In this document: in pieces, positions 30,185 to 39,633 of the stretch
How positions within the stretch are numbered: position 1 is the first letter of the stretch
How the letters are laid out: each line of letters starts with the position of its first letter
Source of the DNA: a virus
Taxonomy: Duplodnaviria; Caudoviricetes
Length of the DNA: 64,000 bases
Virus record (IMG/VR): IMGVR_UViG_3300029288_001872
Location: 32,001 to 96,000 of that record
Strand: one strand, 5' to 3'
Translations under genes and position numbers: made by a program
The notes under the pieces: model-generated
Databases searched by the model: none
Told to the model about the DNA's origin: nothing
The model's input: only the letters and a program-made list of their open reading frames with translations

Positions 30185-31252
30185 TTATAGTCCTTGATTA
30201 ATATTTGGTTTATATCTATTTTTAATAACTTGAGACTCATATCTACTTTTCTTATTTTTACTTCTATTTAAGTCATAACACTTTTTACAACAAAATTTTT
30301 TATCATCTATACTTGGTTGAAAGATAGTGCCACATTCTTTACACGGCCTTGGCTCATATTTTTTTACATTACCTTTGTTTTTAGTCGTATTTCCAAAAGG
30401 TCTATTTTTATGAACTTCCTTTCTACATTCTATAGAACAGAAAGTTTGTTTTTGTGAATTACTCCTAGGTTTAAAAGAATTCCCACAACTAGGACAAATT
30501 CTATCTTTTACATTTTTATGCCTAAACAAATCAAAACATTCTTTGGAACAAAATCTTTTCTTCTTCGCTTCATTTGCTGATTTAGGTTCATAAACAATTC
30601 CACAGTGTTCACATGGTCTTGGTTCATATTGCCATGCTTCGACCTTCCCGTTTGTAATTGCTTTTTCTCTAGCTATCCTACTAGTTTTCTCTGTTTCTTC
30701 TTTAGTATGTTTTCTACCATACCAAGGGTGATTTTCCCCGCTTTGTTTTTTGCTCAGATTTTGTCTTCTTTCTTCATCCCAATAATGAGCAAAATTAGAA
30801 TTATTTTCACCCTTATTATCTAATTGTTTTTGTATTTCAGACATCCTCTTTCTATCTTCTTCTGTGTGTTTATAACCAGAACAACCCTCCCCTCCATCAG
30901 TCATATTAGCAAGAATGCCAGTGCCATTGTTTTCTCTACCATAAAAAAGAATCATTTTGTTTTCAATTTCAAATGCCTCCTGTTCTGTAAGGTTATCAAA
31001 TAATATTTCTTCTTCAAAATCGATAAGGTTCTTCCATAAATATATAATTATATTTGTCTTTCTTAAATTTTCAACATAACACTCATTTCCACTTTTTAAA
31101 TATTTAATTGTATAATCACGATGTTGAATAATTCTTTTGTCAAATCCTTTTCCTATATAGAAAGGTTGAGATAACCATACATAAAAAGGGTCATGATTAT
31201 CGGGTCTTCTTAGGATATAAACATAAAATTTTCTTTTATTTTTCTTTGGCAT
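30185..31252 (-). CDS. GIY-YIG + NUMOD3 homing endonuclease
   Basis: FYVYIL...PFYIGKG...NMTDGGEG; HTEEDRKRMS; FCSxxC repeats. Confidence 0.85.
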   Translation of the reverse strand: MPKKNKRKFYVYILRRPDNHDPFYVWLSQPFYIGKGFDKRIIQHRDYTIKYLKSGNECYVENLRKTNIIIYLWKNLIDFEEEILFDNLTEQEAFEIENKMILFYGRENNGTGILANMTDGGEGCSGYKHTEEDRKRMSEIQKQLDNKGENNSNFAHYWDEERRQNLSKKQSGENHPWYGRKHTKEETEKTSRIAREKAITNGKVEAWQYEPRPCEHCGIVYEPKSANEAKKKRFCSKECFDLFRHKNVKDRICPSCGNSFKPRSNSQKQTFCSIECRKEVHKNRPFGNTTKNKGNVKKYEPRPCKECGTIFQPSIDDKKFCCKKCYDLNRSKNKKSRYESQVIKNRYKPNINQGL

Positions 31253-31282
31253 TATTTATTCCTTAATATATAACTTATTGGA

Positions 31283-33454
31283 TTACCACAAGATTTCAAC
31301 CGAGCGTCCTTGATTCTCATCGATGGGAAAGCGTTTTGCACAGTAGTAGGAAAGGGCGTCTGAGGCATGGCTTATAGTAGGATCGCTTTTGTCAATATCT
31401 ACACCGCCAGAAAGTATTTTTGTCCCCTCAATATCACGGATGATATTAGGACATCTTCGATTGTCAAATTTCATCCGTACAACATTAGACATTGAAAGAA
31501 GTCTCGCGTTGGTCGCGTTGATCCTTGATCTGACCCTCGGGTTGCTATCATCCACGAAAAGGTACGTTCTTTCTGGATTGAAATGTGAAAATAGACATTT
31601 TTTTACAATCGACCAATCACTGCCTTCAACCTTTGCAGAACCACCAGAACCACCAGTGGCGTCGCCATACAGATGGATTTCTCCCTCATGCATACCCCAA
31701 TCATAAATTAGCTTATTACACACAGCAACAGTGTTGCTATTTTGAGGAATATGTACTTCTCCAATTACACCAGTGCCAATCACAGGACGACTATATTCTT
31801 TGTTATCTTTTTTATCATAAACGGTTTCAACAACCCCAGGCATAATTTGTTCTTGACATACAACAGCAACACCAGGATTAATGTTAAAGTCAAAACAAAA
31901 AACTAATGGTAGTTTCTTATTATATTCAAGTGGACAACAATGAAGTCTTTCGTCAAATGGGTAATATGCTCTCCCAGCGAAGTGACAAAAATCCGCGCAA
32001 AATTCTTGCCGGAAGGTCATCTCATCAAGAAACTCTCGTGCTGATGCTATTTCTTCATCGTCAAGTATGTCAGCCGAAATCCAATGGAATTGATCCCACT
32101 CACTCTGTGTCCCTTTTTGTTTTGCTTCTCTAACTTTCTGTTTTGCATATTCAGATAATTCATAATAATGGTTCCTGCCCTCTGGCACCCCAATAAAGTC
32201 ACACCATCCTTTTCTATCAGACAGTGCAGGTCGCACATGCTCAGGCCATGCCCTAGACTTCATATTGCCATATTCATCCAGTACACCACCATCCCAGGGT
32301 GATCCCTCAATACGCTCAGGTTTGTCCATCCCAATAACCCACAATTCAGCACTACTCTTAAACTTAATCACCATATCTGATTCACGAATAGCTGTTCTTC
32401 TATCCCTTCCTGGCAATGCCCAATCAGGCACCATGGCTTTCAGATCAGCCCAATAAATACGTTTTGCTTGTCCCCATGTAGGCGCAGCCACAAAATATCT
32501 TGGCCCATAATCTTTAGAACAACTCATAGGGTCCAATGTACATGGCAATGGCATATCTATATTAGTATTCCATGGATCAATACATCTCAATATCAATTTT
32601 CTTTTTGCCAATTCAGTATTATGTGTGACTATTCCATTAGCAAGAAAATTGTGATAATCTTTAACTGTTAGATCGTAAGTTTTTTCTGGTTTAACTTCCT
32701 TTACTGATAATACTCTTTCCCATGTTATATCTGCATTAAGTAAAAAGTTGTATAAGTTTAAGTCTAAATATTTCTTTATTTTATTTAATTGATGTAAAGA
32801 TATTCTTTCCATACATTGTTTAGTATTTCTATCTTTAAAACCCCTTTGCCAATCTTTAATTACTTTTAATAAATCTGATGGCGCGTCTTTTATATTTTCA
32901 TCATATCCTTTTCTATATCCTTGATGTTTAACTGGTTCATATTTGGTATTATTCACTACTTCATCATAAGTCAATGGAATAAATTCACAACCATCAGAAT
33001 ATTGTTTAGACACTGCTACTAACATTCCTCTTTCTAGATTACCTGCTTCAACCCATTTTTTATTAGCCCAGATTGGATGGTTAGAAGTACATTTTAAATA
33101 TCTATATGCTTCATTAGTCCCTGATAATTTTATTTGTACAATAGACTTCTTTCCATTCTTTAAAACGTGCTCTACTTCTTTAGGCTCCAAAACATACATT
33201 GGATTGGCAGACAATACCATGTCACCAGCTTTAATTTTCTCTACTGGTTTTTGTTTGCCATTGGCCATAGTAACAAGTGTGCCTTTGGCAAGACATTTTC
33301 CAGAACGCCTTCCTGCTGGAACTACTTTAAATCTGGCTGGACTGTTTATAAGTCTAGATTGCTCATCGTGATCTCTTAATTTGGTCCATCTAGCCGGAAA
33401 ATCATTTCCAAGTTGTTTTGACTCTGATGCTCCATAACTGTGTTTAGGTGACAT
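31283..33454 (-). CDS. terL: Terminase large subunit (intein-containing)
   Basis: Walker A AGRRSGK|T, 'VAAPT..QAK', Walker B 'VLDEY', 'FRQE', RNase H 'DFN', 'H..DA..Y'. Confidence 0.92.
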   Translation of the reverse strand: MSPKHSYGASESKQLGNDFPARWTKLRDHDEQSRLINSPARFKVVPAGRRSGKCLAKGTLVTMANGKQKPVEKIKAGDMVLSANPMYVLEPKEVEHVLKNGKKSIVQIKLSGTNEAYRYLKCTSNHPIWANKKWVEAGNLERGMLVAVSKQYSDGCEFIPLTYDEVVNNTKYEPVKHQGYRKGYDENIKDAPSDLLKVIKDWQRGFKDRNTKQCMERISLHQLNKIKKYLDLNLYNFLLNADITWERVLSVKEVKPEKTYDLTVKDYHNFLANGIVTHNTELAKRKLILRCIDPWNTNIDMPLPCTLDPMSCSKDYGPRYFVAAPTWGQAKRIYWADLKAMVPDWALPGRDRRTAIRESDMVIKFKSSAELWVIGMDKPERIEGSPWDGGVLDEYGNMKSRAWPEHVRPALSDRKGWCDFIGVPEGRNHYYELSEYAKQKVREAKQKGTQSEWDQFHWISADILDDEEIASAREFLDEMTFRQEFCADFCHFAGRAYYPFDERLHCCPLEYNKKLPLVFCFDFNINPGVAVVCQEQIMPGVVETVYDKKDNKEYSRPVIGTGVIGEVHIPQNSNTVAVCNKLIYDWGMHEGEIHLYGDATGGSGGSAKVEGSDWSIVKKCLFSHFNPERTYLFVDDSNPRVRSRINATNARLLSMSNVVRMKFDNRRCPNIIRDIEGTKILSGGVDIDKSDPTISHASDALSYYCAKRFPIDENQGRSVEILW
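32618..33295 (-). mobile_element. Intein (226 aa) inserted in the terminase P-loop; no recognisable LAGLIDADG domain
   Basis: Starts CLAKGTLV, block B 'TSNHP', ends 'NFLANGIVTHN', +1 residue Thr. Confidence 0.9.
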
Positions 33455-34014
33455 TATTCGTTTTCAACCTTTTTGGGTGTTTTAGGCAAAGTATCCACCA
33501 TGCCTCCAATTTCTTTGCCAACTTTTTCAAAATAAGTTTCTTCTTCATCTTCTTTCTGATATCCCTTACCAACAGGCTGCCTTCTCTCTGGCGAAGCACT
33601 ACCAAACCATTCCTTGTAACCCATATTCAAAAGGATAGCACCTTTGTCTGTAGTTGCTCTCTTGATTATTTCCCCCATCCAATATTTCTTGAAATGGACT
33701 TTTCCGTATTTCAACTCATAACCAAACTTTCTAATAACAGTAGAATAACTAATAGGACCATAAGGGCAGATGACTTGGGCTATTTCTTCTGGTGTGCTGC
33801 CAGTGGCTACCATCCCAGCAACAATAACTCTGTCTTCCTCAGTAGGCTCCCAATTTTTGATTACACTTGATTTTACTTTTTTCTCAGCAGGAATTTTTCT
33901 TATTTTGTGAGAACTTTTTTCTAGCGGGATTGGAAGGTCTAACCCTTTTGCTATAGGAATTACATTCGCTGGTGGGTTTTCCTTCTTGATTCGTTTGATA
34001 ATTTTCTTTGCCAT
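33454..34014 (-). CDS. terS: Terminase small subunit (probable)
   Basis: HTH-like 'PTEEDR..V..M...G....EIA', 'EL..G'; immediately upstream of terL. Confidence 0.6.
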   Translation of the reverse strand: MAKKIIKRIKKENPPANVIPIAKGLDLPIPLEKSSHKIRKIPAEKKVKSSVIKNWEPTEEDRVIVAGMVATGSTPEEIAQVICPYGPISYSTVIRKFGYELKYGKVHFKKYWMGEIIKRATTDKGAILLNMGYKEWFGSASPERRQPVGKGYQKEDEEETYFEKVGKEIGGMVDTLPKTPKKVENE

Positions 34015-34075
34015 CTTCTCTCTCTAAAATATATTGACTTGAAATCGTCTAAATTTTAATTGTATTGATACCTTT

Positions 34076-34104
34076 ATTATAGAATATTGGAAATTATTTG
34101 TCAA
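34076..34104 (-). promoter_or_regulatory. Consensus sigma70 promoter for the terS operon
   Basis: TTGACA-N17-TATAAT on the minus strand. Confidence 0.75.
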
Positions 34105-34293
34105 GACTAAAGTTGCATTTTTGTAGGACAGACAGCAAATAATTTCATTACAACCTACTTTTTTGTATAAATTGGTCCGTAACGACCAATTTTTACTTAA
34201 ATTCTGTTTAATTTTTAGAATTTCTTCTATTCTAAAAATTTCTTGAAAATTCTTTTCTCTAAAAATTTTTTGAGGATTCTTGAAACTTTTCTA

Positions 34294-34322
34294 TTGACAA
34301 ATATTTTTAAAAATTCTATAAT
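34294..34322 (+). promoter_or_regulatory. Consensus sigma70 promoter (divergent)
   Basis: TTGACA-N17-TATAAT. Confidence 0.75.
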
Positions 34323-34358
34323 AAATTCAAATAAGGAAACAAAAAAGAGGAGAAATTA

Positions 34359-35858
34359 ATGAATTCTAAAAACCAAGAAATTACAGTAGATGATTTAATC
34401 TTTTTATTCAGAGTTAGGAATACTGCAAATAGGCGTGAATTGGCTAAATTAATTGATAGAACCCCTGAAACTATTTTAGGTTGGATCAAGAGCAACAAAA
34501 TACCAAAATATTATCAAATTATTTTAAATGAAATAAAAACACAGAATATATTATGGAGCAATTCAAGCAATACAATTCTTAATGTATATGATAGTTATTT
34601 ACTAGCAAGATGGTATTGGCAAGGATTTAAAATTGTAGAAATTTCAAATACCGTAGGTGCTAGTATCCAAAGTGTCTCTAGTTTTCTGGCAAAACACAAA
34701 ATTAGAGAAAAAGAATTTGGAAGAAAAGGACCAAGAAAAAATAAAAAAGAAAGATTGAAAGAAATCAAAGAAAAATATGGAGAATTAGTCTATAATCTAA
34801 TTCTAGATTACCCAAACGATCCTTTAACTAGTATGGTTGATATCGCTAAATTAATGTCAAAATCTAGACAAAGAGTTAAACAAATTTTAGATATAATACA
34901 TGGGAAAGAAAAACTAAGTTTAAAAAAGAAGTCAAAAACTACTTGTATTATCAAGAACAATCTTCCAGAACCATTTAATTCAAAATTACAAGAAGAGGGT
35001 ATAAAATATATTAAATTAAATAGTATTTTATATGAGGCGGAAAATGAAAAAACATTTGTTCTTCGCAAATTATCAAAAATAAAAACACATTATAGATTAA
35101 CTACCTTAGCAAAATGTGATTTCATTGTCTTTGAAAACAACAATGAGGTTTATGTTGTTTCATATCCAGATTTTGATACGACCACAATTTACTTCAATAA
35201 AATTTATGATTTCTCTAAATTAAAAGACTTCTCCTGTCTTAAAAACAAACCAAATAGAAAAGAAAAAGAGAAAGAAGAAGAATCCATTCCTTACGGTTAT
35301 TGTCATTGTGGTTGTGGACAGAAAACAGAAGTATTAAAAAGTTCTATTGGCAAATATAAAAAAGAAGAACCAAAAAAATACATTAAAGGACATCGCAAAA
35401 ACTATTCTTGTAAAACAGAAGACTTTTTATGTTCGATATGTGATAAAAAGATAAAAAGGAGAAATTGGTCTCAAGAAATTGTTTGTCCATCTTGCAAAAA
35501 CAAAACGACTAATACAAATATAGAAAAAAACAAAAGATGTAAAAATTGTGAAAATAATTTTATCCCAAAATACAACGACAATAATAACAAGAAGGGGTTT
35601 TGTTCTGAGGAATGCCATATTAACTATATACAAAAAGAACAACAAGATTTGTCAGAAAGATTTGAAAAAATAAAATATGAATTATCTTCAAAAGGTATAA
35701 CTTTGTCTGATATAGCAAAATTAATGAATGTTAGTCTTGCAACTGTCAAAGTGAGATGGTGGAAAGGAGATATAAATAAACAAAGGATTGAGGAATTAGA
35801 ATTGTTACCAAAGAAGAGAAGACTTGAAGAATTAAATGTTTCGCTAAAAATAAAATAA
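34359..35858 (+). CDS. Multi-HTH/zinc-finger DNA-binding protein, probable regulator
   Basis: HTH-like segments at the N-terminus (RRELAKLIDRTPETILGW), middle and C-terminus; YCHCGCG; core shared with 16513-17949. Confidence 0.6.
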   Translation: MNSKNQEITVDDLIFLFRVRNTANRRELAKLIDRTPETILGWIKSNKIPKYYQIILNEIKTQNILWSNSSNTILNVYDSYLLARWYWQGFKIVEISNTVGASIQSVSSFLAKHKIREKEFGRKGPRKNKKERLKEIKEKYGELVYNLILDYPNDPLTSMVDIAKLMSKSRQRVKQILDIIHGKEKLSLKKKSKTTCIIKNNLPEPFNSKLQEEGIKYIKLNSILYEAENEKTFVLRKLSKIKTHYRLTTLAKCDFIVFENNNEVYVVSYPDFDTTTIYFNKIYDFSKLKDFSCLKNKPNRKEKEKEEESIPYGYCHCGCGQKTEVLKSSIGKYKKEEPKKYIKGHRKNYSCKTEDFLCSICDKKIKRRNWSQEIVCPSCKNKTTNTNIEKNKRCKNCENNFIPKYNDNNNKKGFCSEECHINYIQKEQQDLSERFEKIKYELSSKGITLSDIAKLMNVSLATVKVRWWKGDINKQRIEELELLPKKRRLEELNVSLKIK

Positions 35859-35894
35859 TTGTTATAATATAAAATTTAAAAAGGATGAATATCT

Positions 35895-36659
35895 ATGGGA
35901 AGAAGACCTCCGGGACCAATGAAATCATCAGATAAAGAAGAAATAATTCTTTATTTAAAAGATTTATCCAAAAGAGTTAATTCAAATAATCCAACTGCCA
36001 AACAAGTTGAAGCAGACGGCCAAGTCAGCCCAGCAACAATCATCAGAGCGTTTGGAGGATTTAGCGAAGCATTAATACAAGCCGATTTGAAACCAAGTAG
36101 GATTTACAACCGCAATAGACTTCTAATGCTAAGTGAATTGGGTTGTTTGGTACAAAAATTAGGTAGAAAACCTTCAAAAACAGAAATCAAAGAAAATCTA
36201 GATTACAATGCTAGACATTATGAAAAAGAATTCGGTAGCATTTCAAAAGCGATTGAGTTAATCAATCTAGGTAAAATAACAAAGAATGATGATAATGGAC
36301 TCCGAATTTTAACCAAGACAAAATCAAGAAGGAAATATGGCCCCTCTATTGATTTCCCAGGATTAAGACACGCCCCAACAAATGAATTGGGAGTAGTCTT
36401 CCTCTTTGGGATGTTAGTAGAGAAACTTGGCTTTTCAGTAGAAAGTATACAAAAAGATTTCCCAGATTGTGAAGCTAAACTAATAAGAGCAGATGGCTCT
36501 TATGAAAAAGTCAAAATTGAATTTGAATACAATAGCAAGTCTTTTGAACAACATGGTCATGACCCAAAGGGGTGCGACTTAATTGTTTGTTGGGTACATG
36601 ATTGGAAAGACTGCCCTCTAGAAGTCCTTGAATTATCTTCAAAATTAGAAGAAAAATAA
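35895..36659 (+). CDS. Homing-endonuclease-associated repeats + PD-(D/E)xK restriction-like nuclease
   Basis: Two 'L..L....P........s...i...FG.f..A' repeats; 'NELGVV.LF', 'FPDC', 'IEFE..S..F..H.H', 'DLIVCW.HDW'. Confidence 0.7.
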   Translation: MGRRPPGPMKSSDKEEIILYLKDLSKRVNSNNPTAKQVEADGQVSPATIIRAFGGFSEALIQADLKPSRIYNRNRLLMLSELGCLVQKLGRKPSKTEIKENLDYNARHYEKEFGSISKAIELINLGKITKNDDNGLRILTKTKSRRKYGPSIDFPGLRHAPTNELGVVFLFGMLVEKLGFSVESIQKDFPDCEAKLIRADGSYEKVKIEFEYNSKSFEQHGHDPKGCDLIVCWVHDWKDCPLEVLELSSKLEEK

Positions 36660-36697
36660 TTGGAGAAAATAAATTGAAATTTTTTCTCAAAAATACC

Positions 36698-36726
36698 TTG
36701 ACACAGGCTCTTCTCTCATATAATAT
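36698..36726 (+). promoter_or_regulatory. sigma70 promoter
   Basis: TTGACA-N17-TAATAT. Confidence 0.6.
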
Positions 36727-36735
36727 GGTAACTAA

Positions 36736-36807
36736 AGGATAGAGTCACCTATCCTGAGACCCGCTGCCCTATGCTAAACGCTCCCCCGGCGATTAGGGCA
36801 GCAGGTC
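36736..36807 (+). ncRNA. Candidate structured leader or small RNA
   Basis: Hairpin AGGATAG/CTATCCT, then long GC stem GACC.GCTGCCCTA...TAGGGCAGC.GGTC, right after the promoter. Confidence 0.35.
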
Positions 36808-37742
36808 GATTCCAAATTGACTAGGATAAATTTCTATGGCCTACGCAAGTCTTGATGATTGGTTTAAACGAGCAGATGGTGAAACCAGTGGCGATATGGT
36901 TCATGACATACTTTATAGTTGGAAAGAAGATTTAAAAAGATTCGAAAAATTAATTGATGTGATCCATCAATGTGATTGTGATTGTTGTACTGGAAAATGT
37001 CTTGAATGTTCAATTGGAAAAGATGTCTTAGAAGGTAAATAATAATTGCCAATCTTCAATTCATTTGATGAATTAAGAAAGCATTATTTTCCGAAACAAT
37101 ATGTTAAAGAACACATACTAGAAATAATTGAAGAGTTATTATATAGTGATATATCAAAAGAGGACTTTCTAAAATTAATGGATGAAGTGAAGGAGAAAGA
37201 AACAGTATGACTAAATTATTACACATGGAAATTGACAAATGTGAAGATTGTCTGTTTAGACAATGGTATTGTGATTATAACGATCCCGAAAATGAAGATG
37301 AATATGAGTGTGATGGTACTGCTGGATATTGGTGTTACTTTCCAGATAGTGAAGTCTGGTGGGTTACAATAATTAGAGATTTAGGAAAAGATTTAGATAT
37401 TCCAAGAAATGAATATAGAGGAGATTTTCCAGAAAAATGTCCATTGAAAGATATCAATTCTAAAGATAAGGAGAATACATATGTCAAAAATTAATGAGTT
37501 AACAATTGGAAATTTCAAAAAACAAAAACATGAACTTGAACAAAATATCTTACTAGATATTTCAAAAAGGTTAGAAGATTTCAGAACAAAGAATGGTTTT
37601 AGCCCATATCGACTTGATGTTGATTTGGTTGAAACCACTAACCTTGGCCAATTACCAGACAGAGATTATGTCATTAGTTCAATAAAAGCAAAATTTGAAA
37701 TTTATTAAAAAAAAAGAATTCTTTACAACAAAGGTTTTTTGA

Positions 37743-38114
37743 ATGACCCAACACAAACTTATATCACTTGCTATAGAAGAGGCATTCAAATCAACACATC
37801 AACACAAAATTGGTGCCATTATCTATACCAACAAAGGTATCATAAGCAAAGGCCATAATGATGCAAATACATGGCGACACAATCTGCATCCTAAATATAA
37901 AAGATGGCCCACATCAATCCACGCAGAGGTCGCAGCTATATTATCTGCCAAAAAAGATTTGAAAGGATGTTTCATCATAGTAATCAGAGTAAATAAAATA
38001 GGTGAATTAAGAATGGCTAAACCATGTAATTTATGTATGAATTATATAAATTACGTTGGCATCAAGAAGGTTACTTATTCTACTGGTAATGGGATGGAGA
38101 CTATTGTATTATGA
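37743..38114 (+). CDS. Cytidine/deoxycytidylate deaminase-family protein
   Basis: 'GAII', 'HAE', 'PCNLC'. Confidence 0.8.
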   Translation: MTQHKLISLAIEEAFKSTHQHKIGAIIYTNKGIISKGHNDANTWRHNLHPKYKRWPTSIHAEVAAILSAKKDLKGCFIIVIRVNKIGELRMAKPCNLCMNYINYVGIKKVTYSTGNGMETIVL

Positions 38115-39327
38115 ATATTTTTCCTGTAAAAAATATTTTACCTTTGACTTTACCAATTAATTAAGTTATGGTTACTCAAATGCTTAAAACATTCAAATAC
38201 CGACTTTATCCTACCAAGAAACAGGCATCCTCTTTAGATTCCATTCTTGATGAATGTCGGTATGTTTACAACCGTCTACTTGAACAAAGAAAATATGCTT
38301 GGGAAATTCAGGAAGTATTTCTTGGTTATTACCAGCAAGCCAAGATGCTCCCAGCAATCAAAACCGCTCATAAAATACATTTGGCTCATTCTCAAGTTTT
38401 GCAAAATGTGGCTATCAGGGTTGATTTGGCTTTTAAATCCTTCTTTAGAAGAATCAAAACAAGTGACAAACCAGGATATCCAAGATTCAAAGGTAAAGGC
38501 TGGTATGATTCTATAACTTTTCCACAAGTGCCTTCTGGTTGTAGAATCAAAGGGGATAGATTAGTAGTTTCTAGAGTAGGTCATATTAAAATAGTCATAC
38601 ATCGTAAGATGTATGGCAAGTCCAAAACGGCCACCATCCGCCGATCCTCTACTGGCAAATGGTATGTGACTTTTGTTTGTGAAGTTGAGGCTCAACATCT
38701 CATGGTCAGCGTCAAGGTCGTAGGTATTGATATGGGTCTGCACACCTTCGCTATGCTCTCTGATGGAATTTCCATCAAAAACCCTCGCTTCTTCCAAAAA
38801 GAAGAAAAAGTTCTGGCCAAAGCACAAAGGGGGTTGAGCAAAACGGTTAAATGTACATCTGAAAGAGTTAAACGCCGCAAGGTGGTTAGCCGGATACATG
38901 AACGCATAAGATTTCGTAGAGACAACTTCTCTCATCAAGAATCCAAAAAGATCGTTACCCAATATGGAATAATTTGTGTTGAAGATTTGACTGTCAACCA
39001 TATGATTCATAACCATCGTCTTGCTAAAAGTATTGCGGATGCAGCTTGGTCCGGGTTCTTCACCATGCTCTCCTACAAAGCTGAAAACGCTGGTAGGAAT
39101 CTAGTGAAAGTCAATCCGGCCTACACGAGCCAAGACTGTCACAGGTGCGGACACCGGCAAAAACTTACCCTTGCTAACCGTATCTACGAATGCCCGTGCT
39201 GTGGTTTGCATATAGACCGCGACCTCAATGCTGCTAAAAATATTTTGAGATTGGGAATGCAATCTCAAGAGAGTCAGATTAATCTGACTCTCTGAAAGCC
39301 CTCTACTTTAACTGAGGGAGCATTCAC
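38114..39327 (+). mobile_element. TnpB-only IS605-family element (left end approximate)
   Basis: Right end GAAAGCCCTC...GAGGGAG-CATTCAC; AT hairpin AATATTTTT/AAAAATATT near 38114-38137; no tnpA in the window. Confidence 0.6.
38168..39295 (+). CDS. tnpB: TnpB RNA-guided endonuclease (IS200/IS605 family)
   Basis: FKYRLYPT, GYPRFK, RuvC GIDMG / VEDL / DRDLNAA, zinc finger. Confidence 0.92.
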   Translation: MVTQMLKTFKYRLYPTKKQASSLDSILDECRYVYNRLLEQRKYAWEIQEVFLGYYQQAKMLPAIKTAHKIHLAHSQVLQNVAIRVDLAFKSFFRRIKTSDKPGYPRFKGKGWYDSITFPQVPSGCRIKGDRLVVSRVGHIKIVIHRKMYGKSKTATIRRSSTGKWYVTFVCEVEAQHLMVSVKVVGIDMGLHTFAMLSDGISIKNPRFFQKEEKVLAKAQRGLSKTVKCTSERVKRRKVVSRIHERIRFRRDNFSHQESKKIVTQYGIICVEDLTVNHMIHNHRLAKSIADAAWSGFFTMLSYKAENAGRNLVKVNPAYTSQDCHRCGHRQKLTLANRIYECPCCGLHIDRDLNAAKNILRLGMQSQESQINLTL

Positions 39328-39483
39328 TTTCCTTTAGCGCCTTATGTGGAATATCCACCTTGGTTTAAAAACGAAGAATTTCATTTAAGTCATCAAAGTA
39401 ATTTAATTAGAAAATTACCAGAGCATTACAGTAAATATTTTCCAAATGTGCCAAATAATTTACCATATATTTGGCCTGTGTAA
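39328..39483 (+). pseudogene. C-terminal remnant of a pyrimidine-dimer DNA glycosylase (MSMEG_6728-like)
   Basis: Own translation FPLAPYVEYPPWFKNEEFHLSHQSNLIRKLPEHYSKYFPNVPNNLPYIWPV*, starting right at the IS end. Confidence 0.7.
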
Positions 39484-39633
39484 AAATTATGAATAATAAA
39501 ACTTGTGAACATGATTATAAAAATTGTATCAGAAAAGGACGAGCATATTATGTTTGTCCTATATGTGGCAAGGATATAACTTTGGAAATAGTGTTGATGG
39601 AAGAAGTAAAAAGAAAAAAGAAGGATATATAAA

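Noticed and set aside
36780-36815. tRNA (GGTCGATTCC resembles a T-loop)
   Set aside because: No cloverleaf, acceptor stem or anticodon arm could be built; no tRNA-Sec was found in the window.
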